Below, piece after piece: positions 9,632 through 19,563 of a DNA stretch of 32,000 bases; within the stretch, counting starts at the first letter, position 1; every line of letters begins with the position of its first letter. Under the pieces are notes generated by a model. The model did no database searches. It was given only the letters and a program-made list of their open reading frames with translations, and had not been told where the DNA came from. A program made the position numbers and the translations under genes. The stretch comes from Abditibacteriota bacterium (lineage in GTDB: Bacteria > Armatimonadota > UBA5829): NCBI GenBank assembly GCA_942493375.1, contig OW818698.1:5494528-5526527 (forward strand), read 5' to 3'.

Positions 9632-9685
9632 GTCTTATGCAAAGTTTCATTTAAGTTTTGCAGCAAAAATATTAGGAGGAAAAAG

Positions 9686-10399
9686 ATGCAAGCGAGAAAA
9701 GGTTTCACTCTAATTGAACTATTGGTTGTTATAGCAATTATAGCTATATTGGCAGCCATCCTGTTCCCGGTTTTCGCAAAAGCACGGGAAAAGGCAAGAC
9801 AATCCACATGTGCCAGTAACTTGAAACAGATTGGTCTAGCTTACACTTCGTATGAACAGGACTATGATGAGCGTCTTCCGGGTAACCAGTTTAACTTGAA
9901 TGCTGCAGACACTACATCTAAGTATGTGATGAAGTGTGGTATCAGGATTCAGTTCTGGCCTCAGTATCTGGAACCATACATCAAAAGTGCTGGAGTGTAT
10001 GAATGTCCCAGCGGTTTGACCGCAGCTTGTGGATCACTACCCAGCACTCCCCGCAGTTATGCTGTAAATGTCACTTTAGTGGGTTGCTGCGGAGGTGATG
10101 GGTCTGGAACCGACAATCGTGGCCAAAAAGTGGCAGATATAACCAAACCTTCCGAAACAGTCCTTATGGCCGACGGTGGTGTGCACTTCCTGTTTGGAGC
10201 GAATGGTGGATCCTCTTTTGGTTGGTATACCGGTACCCCCCCTGTAGACGCACCCTCTGGATCTCCAACCTGGGGAGATTCCTGGAAATGGATAGCCAAT
10301 AGACACAACGATGGAGCCAACGTGCTTTGGGCCGACGGACATGTGAAATGGGCGAAACAAAAAACCCTGACATACGTTAGCTTCTTTGCAGCACAGTAG
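9686..10399 (+). CDS. prepilin-type N-terminal cleavage/methylation domain protein, H-X9-DG (DUF1559) family
   Basis: AGGAGGA (9674-9680) precedes ATG 9686. The class III signal is MQARKG|[24 protein letters not shown], with Glu at +5. The C-terminal segment [14 protein letters not shown] matches H-X9-DG exactly. Confidence 0.9.
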   Translation: MQARKGFTLIELLVVIAIIAILAAILFPVFAKAREKARQSTCASNLKQIGLAYTSYEQDYDERLPGNQFNLNAADTTSKYVMKCGIRIQFWPQYLEPYIKSAGVYECPSGLTAACGSLPSTPRSYAVNVTLVGCCGGDGSGTDNRGQKVADITKPSETVLMADGGVHFLFGANGGSSFGWYTGTPPVDAPSGSPTWGDSWKWIANRHNDGANVLWADGHVKWAKQKTLTYVSFFAAQ

Positions 10400-10421
10400 T
10401 CATAATCCGTGATATAGCAAT

Positions 10422-10442
10422 GCCTCCAGCAATGCTGGAGGC
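10422..10442 (+). terminator. 9-bp hairpin downstream of pseudopilin gene 1
   Basis: The stem is GCCTCCAGC (10422-10430), loop AAT, GCTGGAGGC (10434-10442). It starts 23 nt after the stop at 10399. No T-run follows. Confidence 0.3.
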
Positions 10443-10843
10443 TCCTCGAAATCCACTGAGCCATCCGCATGTTCTTCTATGCAGGCTCCTTCACAGGCTC
10501 CAGAATCTCCGACCAGCTCAAACCAACCGATCTCATCGTACGTGACAATCCGAATACCTCCCCCCGTAGCCCATTCCATCGTAAATGGATGGGTGCTGCT
10601 ACGGAAGCATCGACAGTAACACTAGATGAAATCAACCTACGCAGGGCGGTTTAACCCGAGTGCACGAGTCAGAATTGTTAGCGGGATTTCGCCCAGCACC
10701 AATATCCCGTGCTTTTATCATACAGTTTCAATTGCCTACTACGTATAAATATATACATAACCGGCTCTTGATGTGGAATATACGTAATGCGAGAATCCGC
10801 TGAGTTAAATCCTCCACTGAATATATGATTTCGGGAGATACTA

Positions 10844-12940
10844 TTGAATAACTGCTTTTGCGATATCCGATCCAGGGTGATCTACACCATTGGAGTCCTC
10901 CTACTGCTGGTTTTTTTCTGGCTGCTGCCGGTTGTGGCTGAGGTAACTGACAAAACAGATGCAATTGAACTCAGGAATACAAGTTATGACTTGACTCAAC
11001 TGAGTATTGAGGACTTAATGAATGTTGAGGTTGAAATCACTCTTGCATCCAGGAAACCAGAAAGGCTTTTCGACACTACATCAGCTACATATGTTATCTC
11101 TCATGAGGACATTCAACGATCAGGTATTACTAATATTCCCGATCTGCTTCGCATGGTTCCCGGTATGCAGGTGGACAATATCAATTCAAATTCCAGAACA
11201 GTTACTTGCAGGGGTTTAGGGAACCGGTTTGGAAATAAATTGCTGGTGTTGTTTGACGGAAGGAGTGTATATGCAACAACACTGGGAGGGGTATGGTGGG
11301 ATGTACAAGACACCACACTCATGGATATAGAGCGTATTGAAATCATTCGCGGCCCCGGAGCTACTATGTGGGGGGCAAACGCGGTCAATGGTGTTATCAA
11401 TATCATCTCCAGACACAGCGAGGCGACACAAGGTTCCGCCATCTCTCAGACCATCGGATCACAAGATAAATCTAACACGGAGGTCAGATATGGTGGGAGA
11501 CTGGACGAAAATGGCACATATAGAATCTTCGGCAAGAATTTCAACCGTGGTGGTTCCATTACTCAATCCGGAGCCAAAGCGCACGATTCCTGGTATCATA
11601 ACCGCAGTGGGTTCCGGGTAGACTTGAATCCATCAACAAATGACTCAGTAGCAATACAGGGACAGGCTTATCAGGGACGATATGGCACGACCGACGAGGC
11701 TCTTACACTTAGTCCTCCATACATTCGAATAGTTGAGGATATGGGTAATGTCACCGGAGGTGATCTGCAGGCAGAGTGGACTCATCGCATATCACAGAAG
11801 TCAAGTACCAATTTGCTCTTCTATTGTGATAAGTCAGAACACAAGGATTGGCGAATCGACGACAGCAATGAGTCTTGGAATATCGATTTTAGTCACCGAT
11901 TTTCGGTTGGCGACAGGCACGATATTGTTTGGGGTATCGGTTATCGTACGGTTGACGGCACTGCTAAAGATGGAGTTCTACTCAACTTCAACCCAGACAA
12001 CCACACTGACCAATTGTACAGTGCGTTTTTGCAGGACGATATTGTAATCAAGAAAGATAAATTCAAACTGACACTGGGTTCGAAATTTGAACACAACACT
12101 TACACAGGTATTGAGCTGCAACCAAGTGCCAGGGTTCTGTGGACTCCTGATAAACAGCATGCAATCTGGGCTGCTGTGTCCCGTGCTGTCAGAACGCCAA
12201 GCTGGCTTGAAAGATACGGCCAGATAAATGTCAATGCAGTACCGGGTCCTATGGGACTGCCATTAGTATCTGCGTTGATTGGAGATCCGGATTTCGATTC
12301 GGAACGATTGACTGCCTACGAAACCGGATATCGTGTACAGACCAACAATCATTTGCAATTCGATGTCGCCGCATTCTATAACGTATACGATGGCGTGCAG
12401 GCCGGAGTCGCTCATCCTGAGAACATATATCCTGTTGGATCTCCTCCGCAGTACCTAATCCTCCCAATCACATTCGTGAATGGGGGGCGATTAAGGAGTT
12501 ACGGAGCTGAGTTAGCAGTCACCTGGAAGCCTGCACAGTGGTGGAGAGTATCTGGCTGGTATACTAGTCTACATGTAAATTCGGAGCGAGGACTCCCATC
12601 CAGCGATTCATCAATAGCAATGTATGACAGAGCATATCCACGTAGTCAGTTCCACATACGTTCATATATGGACTTACCCAACAATCTGAGTTTCGACGCG
12701 CTGCTCTACTATGATGGATCAAAATCGACTGGGAATGCCTTTACCACATTGCCCAATATCAGCAGTTACACAAGGCTTGATCTCAGACTTGGTTGGACAC
12801 CAAAACCAAACCAGGAGTTTAGTATCGGAATACAGAATGCGCTGGATTCCCGTCATGTAGAATACACAACACGTATTTCTGAGTTGCCTACTCTCGTGGA
12901 ACGTACTTTTTATGCACGTGCAGTTTGGAGTACATTATGA
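10844..12940 (+). CDS. TonB-dependent outer-membrane receptor
   Basis: GGGAGA (10833-10838) lies 5 nt before TTG 10844. The signal peptide ends LLPVVA|EV. Plug-domain motifs are DLLRMVPGMQV, VLFDGRSVY and IERIEIIRGPGATMWGANAVNGVINII. A remainder of about 500 aa resembles a beta-barrel. The stop overlaps the next start (ATGA). Confidence 0.9.
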   Translation: MNNCFCDIRSRVIYTIGVLLLLVFFWLLPVVAEVTDKTDAIELRNTSYDLTQLSIEDLMNVEVEITLASRKPERLFDTTSATYVISHEDIQRSGITNIPDLLRMVPGMQVDNINSNSRTVTCRGLGNRFGNKLLVLFDGRSVYATTLGGVWWDVQDTTLMDIERIEIIRGPGATMWGANAVNGVINIISRHSEATQGSAISQTIGSQDKSNTEVRYGGRLDENGTYRIFGKNFNRGGSITQSGAKAHDSWYHNRSGFRVDLNPSTNDSVAIQGQAYQGRYGTTDEALTLSPPYIRIVEDMGNVTGGDLQAEWTHRISQKSSTNLLFYCDKSEHKDWRIDDSNESWNIDFSHRFSVGDRHDIVWGIGYRTVDGTAKDGVLLNFNPDNHTDQLYSAFLQDDIVIKKDKFKLTLGSKFEHNTYTGIELQPSARVLWTPDKQHAIWAAVSRAVRTPSWLERYGQINVNAVPGPMGLPLVSALIGDPDFDSERLTAYETGYRVQTNNHLQFDVAAFYNVYDGVQAGVAHPENIYPVGSPPQYLILPITFVNGGRLRSYGAELAVTWKPAQWWRVSGWYTSLHVNSERGLPSSDSSIAMYDRAYPRSQFHIRSYMDLPNNLSFDALLYYDGSKSTGNAFTTLPNISSYTRLDLRLGWTPKPNQEFSIGIQNALDSRHVEYTTRISELPTLVERTFYARAVWSTL

Positions 12941-13572
12941 ATACATACAACCAACTGCATTATAGTGCCGGAGTTTCAAGAGATGAGTTGCAGATTACTG
13001 CTCTCTCATTCCGAAGTACAATAGCAGCCAGAGTAGGAGCAATCCTTCTCACTGTGTTAATGATTGGCATACTGGTGGCAGCTGTGTGTGCTCCAGCTTC
13101 CGGTTCCTCTGAATATGAGGTTAAGGCAGCATTCATATACAACTTTGCAAAGTTTGTAGACTGGCCGGATGAGGTATTCGGAAATGCGTTATCGCCCATA
13201 ATTATCGGCGTTCTGGGTTCGGATTCCATGTGCGACATACTGGAACAAACGGTTGCGAACAAAACTGCAAATGGCAGGAAGCTGTCCGTCAAACGTGTAA
13301 GTCGCATTCAAGACTTGAGCAACTGCAACATAGTGTTCATCAGTAGATCGTGGAGTAGAAGCACTAACGAGATATTAGAATCGACAAAGGGATCAAGCAT
13401 ATTGACCATCGGTGAAACAGAGGGGTTTGCCAAGCACGGCGGGATCATTAACTTCGTGATGAATGATCGGAAGGTTGGTTTTGAGATAAATGTCGATATA
13501 GCAAAGCGAGAATCTATAAAGATAAGTTCCAAACTCCTCAGTCTAGCTAAAATTGTTAAGGACAACAAGTAG
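12937..13572 (+). CDS. YfiR-like periplasmic protein (DUF4154)
   Basis: ATG 12937 overlaps the receptor stop (ATGA) and follows GGAG (12927-12930) by 6 nt. Alternative starts are TTG 12925 (track) and TTG 12988. A hydrophobic export segment is followed by [19 protein letters not shown]. Later come ILTIGE..GF..HGGIINF and KISSKLL, which I recognise as the YfiR/DUF4154 signature. Confidence 0.85.
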   Translation: MNTYNQLHYSAGVSRDELQITALSFRSTIAARVGAILLTVLMIGILVAAVCAPASGSSEYEVKAAFIYNFAKFVDWPDEVFGNALSPIIIGVLGSDSMCDILEQTVANKTANGRKLSVKRVSRIQDLSNCNIVFISRSWSRSTNEILESTKGSSILTIGETEGFAKHGGIINFVMNDRKVGFEINVDIAKRESIKISSKLLSLAKIVKDNK

Positions 13573-16336
13573 AGTGGGTTACTTTCGCAGATACTCATTT
13601 AGGAAAAAGCTAACTATAGTTATGATGCTTACAAGCGGAGTCGCACTACTGCTGGCGTGTGCTGCTTTCATGACATATGAATGGTGTACCTATCGACGGG
13701 CTACTGTTGTCGATCTAGCAACACTTGCCAAAATCACTGGAGACAACAGTGCAGCTGCACTTACATTTGGCGATAGCCTTGCCGCCATTGATAATCTGTC
13801 GAAACTGCACACTCAGCCGCATATAGTAGCTGCTTGCCTCTATACATTGAAAGGCGACTTGTTTGCCCGATATGTTTCCAAACAAGCAGAAAACAGACCC
13901 GCTCGTAGAAGAGAACAGGAGCAAGCTGCCAGTAAGGATAAAGGACATCTATCGGTATTCCGTAACGTCAAACTGGACCACAAGAATATTGGTTCAATCT
14001 ATATAGAAGCCGACACCAGCTCAATGAATATAAGGTTGAAACGATATGCAGGAATTATGCTCGGGGTTGTTTTACTATCTTCTCTGGCAGCATTCCTGAT
14101 GTCAGCGTTCCTGGAGCGAGTGATCTCCAAGCCAATCGTTAAGCTTGCTGATATGGCCAAGAGCATATCAGCCAACAGAGATTATTCAATCAGAGCATCA
14201 AAGACAAGTGAAGACGAAATTGGCTGGCTGATAGATGGGTTTAATGAGATGTTGTCAGAGATCCAGAAGCGGGATATGGACCTTCGCGAAGCTATTATCC
14301 GTGCGAATGAAATGGCAGAGAAAGCAGAAGCAGCGAACTATGCCAAGAGTCAGTTCCTCGCAAATATGAGTCATGAGATCAGAACACCCCTCAATGGGGT
14401 TATCGGGACATCCGGTTTACTACTTGGCAGCGAGTTGGATCATACGCAGCGCCGCTATGTGGACATAATTCGCAGCAGTGGTGAGGCGCTGCTTTCAGTA
14501 ATCAACGACATACTGGACTTCTCCAAAATAGAAGCTAAAAAACTGCAGATCGAAAGCATTGATTTTGATCTGTATGCCATGATAGAGAAATTTTCAGAAA
14601 CTATGGCTCTACGGGCTCAGGAAAAGGGCCTTGAATTGATATTTAACATACACCCTGATACTCCAAGGTTGTTAATAGGGGATCCGAACCGGATTCGACA
14701 GATAATGACAAACCTTGTGGGTAATGCGATTAAGTTTACTGCAAGAGGCGAGATTACAGTTAATGTAATCTCTGAGCCACCGCGAAACAACAAGGAAATC
14801 ATCAAGATTGAGGTACAAGATACCGGCATAGGAATGTCAAACCAGAATCAGGTGAGCATCCTTGAGCCATTTACTCAGGCAGATGGATCCATAACCCGGA
14901 AATACGGTGGTACTGGTCTTGGACTTGCGATATCAAAGCAACTCACTGAGATGATGGGTGGTAAGTTTGGTTATGAGAGCAAGATTGGATTGGGTTCCAC
15001 ATTTTGGTTCACTGTGGCGCTGAGCACACAACACGGTGATATAACATATAAGCTGCCGAGAGCTGATACCGAAACAATCGGATCCGCCAGTATTATCATA
15101 GCAGACGCCAGCGAAACCAACCGACTGGTTCTCAAATGTATTCTTGACAGCTGGGGCATCACGAACGAAGCTGTCGGGACTGCCGAAGAATTGATGAAGC
15201 GACTGGTGAGTAACGATCAGAAAGGAACTCCATACCAGGTTGCAATCATCGATGTACATTTGCCTGACACAGAAATTGTCGAAATATCCAGACGAATCAG
15301 ATCTAATGAAGCCACACAATCGATGGGACTCATTGCAATGGTCCACCTGGTTGAGTTGAATGAATCTGAACAGTATACTCAGGCAGGTTTCAACTGCTGT
15401 TTGTCTAAACCAATAGGACGTTCAACGCTTTATGACAGTATAGTTGCGGTAATCCATCCAGACATACACATAGATGAGCTATCCGGGAGAGTAGGCAGAG
15501 ATTGCAGCTCCAGGCCGAAATCCGAGAACCAAAGGTTCAAGATTCTACTGGCAGAGGATAACGTGACCAATCAAATGGTCGCCGAGGCAATACTGGAGTC
15601 ACTTGGCTACCCCATGGATATCGTAGAGAATGGTGCGGATGCCATTAGATCTCTGGGTGAGAAAGACTACGATCTAGTCCTAATGGACTGCCAGATGCCG
15701 GTTTTAGATGGTTATGCAGCGACTGCCAGAATACGTGCAGATGGCTCTGGAGTCAGGAATCCTGCAATCCCTATAATCGCTCTAACAGCAAATGCCATGG
15801 AAAGTGACAAACGTCAATGCTACGAAGCAGGCATGGACGATTATCTTTCAAAGCCTGTGACAGCGGAAGCTATTGCGGCTGCGCTGAGTAAATGGCTTGT
15901 ATATGATGAAAACATATACGTACCGGAAATTCCGGGTATAGCATCCGATTCACAATGCAATGATTATAAGTCAGAGCAAATACTATCGCCTTCACCAGAA
16001 GATTCTACTTTACCTGTATTCGATGAAGGGGCATTACTGGCACGTATTGGCGGTAATGAAGCGCTGGCTGGAAGAATTGTAATAAAATACCTGAATGATG
16101 TTCCCAAACGTATTAGCTTGTTGAAAGAATCTATCATGAGCAACGATCTACCGGAAGCACGGCTGCAGGCACACACAATAAAAGGCAGTTCCAGAAATGT
16201 AGGAGCAGAATCACTGGGAGAAGCAGCGGAAATATTGGAGAAAGCTTGTATTGCCGAAGATACAGGCTCATTAGCGGAGTTGACTCAGCAGATGGAGACG
16301 CGTTTTGAAGAGCTGAAAATCCGTCTGGCAGCATAA
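13553..16336 (+). CDS. hybrid sensor histidine kinase (2 TM periplasmic sensor-HAMP-HisKA-HATPase-REC-REC-Hpt)
   Basis: The start is TTG 13553 (overlapping the upstream stop) or GTG 13574. Domain order as read:
- TM1 ([20 protein letters not shown]).
- A periplasmic segment of about 130 aa.
- TM2 ([19 protein letters not shown]).
- A HAMP-like linker.
- H-box [13 protein letters not shown] (His codon 14372-14374).
- ATPase boxes [16 protein letters not shown] and [13 protein letters not shown].
- Receiver 1.
- Receiver 2 ([19 protein letters not shown]).
- Hpt ([11 protein letters not shown], His codon 16172-16174). Confidence 0.95.
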   Translation: MLRTTSRVGYFRRYSFRKKLTIVMMLTSGVALLLACAAFMTYEWCTYRRATVVDLATLAKITGDNSAAALTFGDSLAAIDNLSKLHTQPHIVAACLYTLKGDLFARYVSKQAENRPARRREQEQAASKDKGHLSVFRNVKLDHKNIGSIYIEADTSSMNIRLKRYAGIMLGVVLLSSLAAFLMSAFLERVISKPIVKLADMAKSISANRDYSIRASKTSEDEIGWLIDGFNEMLSEIQKRDMDLREAIIRANEMAEKAEAANYAKSQFLANMSHEIRTPLNGVIGTSGLLLGSELDHTQRRYVDIIRSSGEALLSVINDILDFSKIEAKKLQIESIDFDLYAMIEKFSETMALRAQEKGLELIFNIHPDTPRLLIGDPNRIRQIMTNLVGNAIKFTARGEITVNVISEPPRNNKEIIKIEVQDTGIGMSNQNQVSILEPFTQADGSITRKYGGTGLGLAISKQLTEMMGGKFGYESKIGLGSTFWFTVALSTQHGDITYKLPRADTETIGSASIIIADASETNRLVLKCILDSWGITNEAVGTAEELMKRLVSNDQKGTPYQVAIIDVHLPDTEIVEISRRIRSNEATQSMGLIAMVHLVELNESEQYTQAGFNCCLSKPIGRSTLYDSIVAVIHPDIHIDELSGRVGRDCSSRPKSENQRFKILLAEDNVTNQMVAEAILESLGYPMDIVENGADAIRSLGEKDYDLVLMDCQMPVLDGYAATARIRADGSGVRNPAIPIIALTANAMESDKRQCYEAGMDDYLSKPVTAEAIAAALSKWLVYDENIYVPEIPGIASDSQCNDYKSEQILSPSPEDSTLPVFDEGALLARIGGNEALAGRIVIKYLNDVPKRISLLKESIMSNDLPEARLQAHTIKGSSRNVGAESLGEAAEILEKACIAEDTGSLAELTQQMETRFEELKIRLAA

Positions 16337-16416
16337 AACATTACTGACTGAGGATCTGGATACTATATTAATCAGCAAAGCGCAGCATTTTTTACAGATA
16401 AGAATAGGTGTAGAAA

Positions 16417-17463
16417 TTGAGAATATTAGGCGTAGATGACGACGATATAGCACTGGACATTCTAGAGGCTGCAATATCAGCTGATGGACATGAACTTATC
16501 CGTGCAGCTAATGGACTGGCGGCACTAAATATACTACAGCACGAACGAATTCAGATGGTTATCTCTGACTGGATGATGCCGGGAATAAGTGGAATCGATC
16601 TGGCAAATAAAGTGCGTGAAATAAATACCGGCCGGTACACATACTTTATACTACTAACATCACGAACAGAGAAATCCGACATTCTGGATGGGCTGAATGC
16701 TGGTGCTGACGATTTTATTATCAAACCATTCGATCCGGTAGAACTCAGATTACGCCTCAAAGTGGGCCAGAGAGTACTCGCACTAGAAACGCATCAGCTG
16801 ACGATTTTTGCACTCGCGCAACTCGCAGACACTCGCGATAACGAGACCGGCAATCATCTCTTGCGTATACGTGAATACTCATATCTGTTGGCGCAGCATC
16901 TCGTTGATTCATTTAAAACGGAATACAAGTTGCCCGGGGACTATGCAGAACTAATATATCTGACAAGTCCTCTGCACGATATAGGTAAGGTGGGGATACC
17001 TGATTGTGTATTGCTTAAACCAGGAAGGCTGGATGATTCGGAGTTCGCGATAATGAAAACACATGCATATTTGGGTGGGCAAACTCTATCTGCAGCTCTT
17101 CAGCACTTCCCGGAAGCAGCGTATTTGCAGATGGCTAGTGATATAGCAATGTATCACCATGAACGATTTGATGGTAAAGGATACCCAAATGGACTCAAAG
17201 GTGAAGCCATACCCTTGTGCGCCAGGTTAGTCAGTGTGGCAGATGTCTATGATGCACTGGTATCCCGTAGGGTATATAAGCAGGCGTTTACTCATGAAAT
17301 AGCACGCAGTATTCTGGTAGATGGATCCGGAACTCAATTCGACAGCACGATAGTGGATGCTTTCATGGCCAATGAGAAGAATTTCGAGGCAATAGCACTC
17401 CAGTATGCTGACGTTCCTCCTGCAATAAACTCATCTGAATCAGGGGAAAGGAAGTATGCTTAA
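16417..17463 (+). CDS. response regulator with HD-GYP domain (predicted c-di-GMP phosphodiesterase, RpfG-like)
   Basis: AGGTG (16406-16410) lies 6 nt before TTG 16417. The receiver motifs are GVDDDD, MVISDWMMPG and IIKP. The HD-GYP motifs are HDIGKVGIPD (HD codons 16975-16980) and HHERFDGKGYPNGL (GYP codons 17179-17187). Confidence 0.95.
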   Translation: MRILGVDDDDIALDILEAAISADGHELIRAANGLAALNILQHERIQMVISDWMMPGISGIDLANKVREINTGRYTYFILLTSRTEKSDILDGLNAGADDFIIKPFDPVELRLRLKVGQRVLALETHQLTIFALAQLADTRDNETGNHLLRIREYSYLLAQHLVDSFKTEYKLPGDYAELIYLTSPLHDIGKVGIPDCVLLKPGRLDDSEFAIMKTHAYLGGQTLSAALQHFPEAAYLQMASDIAMYHHERFDGKGYPNGLKGEAIPLCARLVSVADVYDALVSRRVYKQAFTHEIARSILVDGSGTQFDSTIVDAFMANEKNFEAIALQYADVPPAINSSESGERKYA

Positions 17464-17570
17464 AGATCTGGTTCCTATGGTTATGTGGTGCTTGACCGGT
17501 ATGAAGATAATGAATGTTAAGATAGCTGCAGGAACGCCGGTTTGCATTGTGTTATATACTTCAATCAACT

Positions 17571-17646
17571 AGCGCGCATCATTCACATACTATACTTTCG
17601 ACCGGCAGTAGGGGCGAAAGTGAGTTAATCACGAATAATGCGCGCT
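17571..17646. repeat. 14-bp imperfect inverted repeat enclosing a 48-nt segment with an inner 6-bp stem
   Basis: AGCGCGCATCATTC (17571-17584) pairs with GAATAATGCGCGCT (17633-17646) with one mismatch. The inner stem is CTTTCG...CGAAAG. The element lies in a 293-nt spacer between convergent genes. Confidence 0.5.
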
Positions 17647-17756
17647 CGAGTTCCCACAGCCATTAACAAATGTTTCCACATACAATCCAAGATGGCATCT
17701 TAGCTGCCATACTTATAGTAACAGACTCATTCTAGGTGCTAATTATATATGGGTTA

Positions 17757-19367
17757 TTATGCTTCCAGGATTACTACCCAGTCCTGGTAGATTGGCAACA
17801 TTTTCCAATTACCGTTTCCGAGTGGAATTTGCCAGTTGCCGGATGTATCGGGAACAACCTTACCGATATCGGTTTCCTCACCTGTTGCAGGGTTGAACAG
17901 CTTTGCATGGTAGCTTACACCTGCTTCGATGTTCTTGACTATGCCCGATCCCCACCAGTTGAGAGGGAAGTAGATGATCCTCAGCTTGCCTGGTATACCT
18001 GCTGCATATGCGCGGGTGTAATCATCAGAAGACCAGCATGGGTCAATCCACTCCGGATGCGGGGTCATGTTCCACCATTCATATCTGCAAAGAAGCTTCT
18101 TTGCCAGTCCCAGATGCAGTGAACCAGGAAGCTGATATGCATCTTCCCACGGAGTATTACCCCACGCCATACCATGCGGCGACGGACCATATGGTTTCTC
18201 TCTTGTGTTTACCTGCCAGATACCGTTGGCGCCATATGTGTGTCCGCACGCCCCACTCAGCATGCAAGTCCAGAACATCAGCCTCTGGACTTCCTGGCGA
18301 CAGGACTCTCCTATTCCTTCGTAGCAGACTTCAGAGTTGAAAACCGGCATTACCGGTTCACGGGTGTATTCACTGGTGATTGATCTAATAGTGTGTGGCA
18401 GACTACTACGGTCTCCATGGCCAGTCTGGAGCATATCGAAATCCAGGATTGAAGGATCTTCTACCTGGTTTCTGGAATTGTCCGTGGGATGTATTGTGAC
18501 AAGTCTATGGAACGGGTCAGTCTCCCGAACAAACCTGCCAACTTCCGTCCATCCTTTACACTGGAGCTCGGAGCCTGTTTCGTGGGTATCAGACATGTAA
18601 TAAGCCATCTTGCCTTCACCTGCCAGACACCAGAATACAGGATATGCAGCCCACCTGGCGATAAGATATTTCCAGTGTTGCTTCATCTTCTCTGTGTCGG
18701 TGAATGACAGGTAGTATCCCCAGCAGCCAACTACGCATGGTGCCAATCCCATTTCTACCAGGTATTCAATCCTCCGGTCAGCATAATCGAAGTAGGCTGG
18801 GTTTATTGAGCTATAATCGGTCTCCCAGGGGAATCCTGCTTCATTAACGCCTCTCTCATCAAATGCAGGCATATCGGGGTACAATCCGGCGATGATCTGG
18901 ATGACAGAGAAACTCTTCTCCACACGATCATTCGTCAGTGTCTGAAAACCCATTGGCCAGGATAAACGCTTGGTCAGGCCCATCCACCATGTGTCTGCAA
19001 ACCAGAAGAAAGGCGTTCCATCCTGGTGAGTAAAGTGACGTTTGTTATCTGAGACAACTACCGGACCATGTTTGTAGAGAGCATTGTCCCCTGAGTATTC
19101 AAGAACATCAATCCCGCCAGTCTGGCCGTGTAAACCGGTATCTGATGGACGGTTACATGTTGTCCGGAAATTAAAATGCCCCGGTGTGTGTGAGGAGAAA
19201 CGGACTTTCCATAGATTATTCCCCGCCCAGAACCCAGGGACTTTGTATTGCACTCCGTCTTCTCCGGTAAATACGGTTGCAAAATCCACGTCATTAAATG
19301 GGTCTTGATATATAGCTCCGCTAGCAAATGTTAACTCAATTACTTTGTTACGCGAGACTGCATACAT
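17757..19367 (-). CDS. DUF5060/DUF4038-type glycoside hydrolase (GH140-like)
   Basis: AGGAGG (CCTCCT at 19373-19378) lies 5 nt before ATG 19367. An N-terminal beta-sandwich (VPGFWAGNNLWKVRF) is followed by DGTPFFWFADTWW and FSVIQIIAG. I associate these with DUF4038/GH140 barrels. No signal peptide is present. Confidence 0.75.
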   Translation of the reverse strand: MYAVSRNKVIELTFASGAIYQDPFNDVDFATVFTGEDGVQYKVPGFWAGNNLWKVRFSSHTPGHFNFRTTCNRPSDTGLHGQTGGIDVLEYSGDNALYKHGPVVVSDNKRHFTHQDGTPFFWFADTWWMGLTKRLSWPMGFQTLTNDRVEKSFSVIQIIAGLYPDMPAFDERGVNEAGFPWETDYSSINPAYFDYADRRIEYLVEMGLAPCVVGCWGYYLSFTDTEKMKQHWKYLIARWAAYPVFWCLAGEGKMAYYMSDTHETGSELQCKGWTEVGRFVRETDPFHRLVTIHPTDNSRNQVEDPSILDFDMLQTGHGDRSSLPHTIRSITSEYTREPVMPVFNSEVCYEGIGESCRQEVQRLMFWTCMLSGACGHTYGANGIWQVNTREKPYGPSPHGMAWGNTPWEDAYQLPGSLHLGLAKKLLCRYEWWNMTPHPEWIDPCWSSDDYTRAYAAGIPGKLRIIYFPLNWWGSGIVKNIEAGVSYHAKLFNPATGEETDIGKVVPDTSGNWQIPLGNGNWKMLPIYQDWVVILEA

Positions 19368-19563
19368 TATAACCTCCTGCTTATGGGAACCAATGTTGGT
19401 ATCTATGGATTGAGTGCTTTATAAATACACACAAATGCTTACAATCGATTTACACGCTGGAGGCAGAATTCCTTCTATTAGGATTTCACTGTTTCGGGAC
19501 AACACAATAGAGAAATCTGTTTGATGGGGAGTTTGGAAAGAGTGGAATTGCTGTCATAATATT

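Noticed and set aside
9613-10470. Minus-strand ORFs (9613-9807, 10057-10470, 10076-10360, 10164-10373) opposite pseudopilin gene 1
   Set aside because: They are antisense to a gene with unambiguous prepilin and H-X9-DG motifs.
13715-16474. Minus-strand ORFs opposite the hybrid kinase gene and its junction with the regulator gene
   Set aside because: They are antisense to genes with complete catalytic motif sets, and they have no independent signals.
17736-19327. Plus- and minus-strand short ORFs inside the GH140-like gene (17736-18122, 18008-18340, 19058-19327 and others)
   Set aside because: They are nested in or antisense to a 536-aa ORF that has a strong SD and family motifs.
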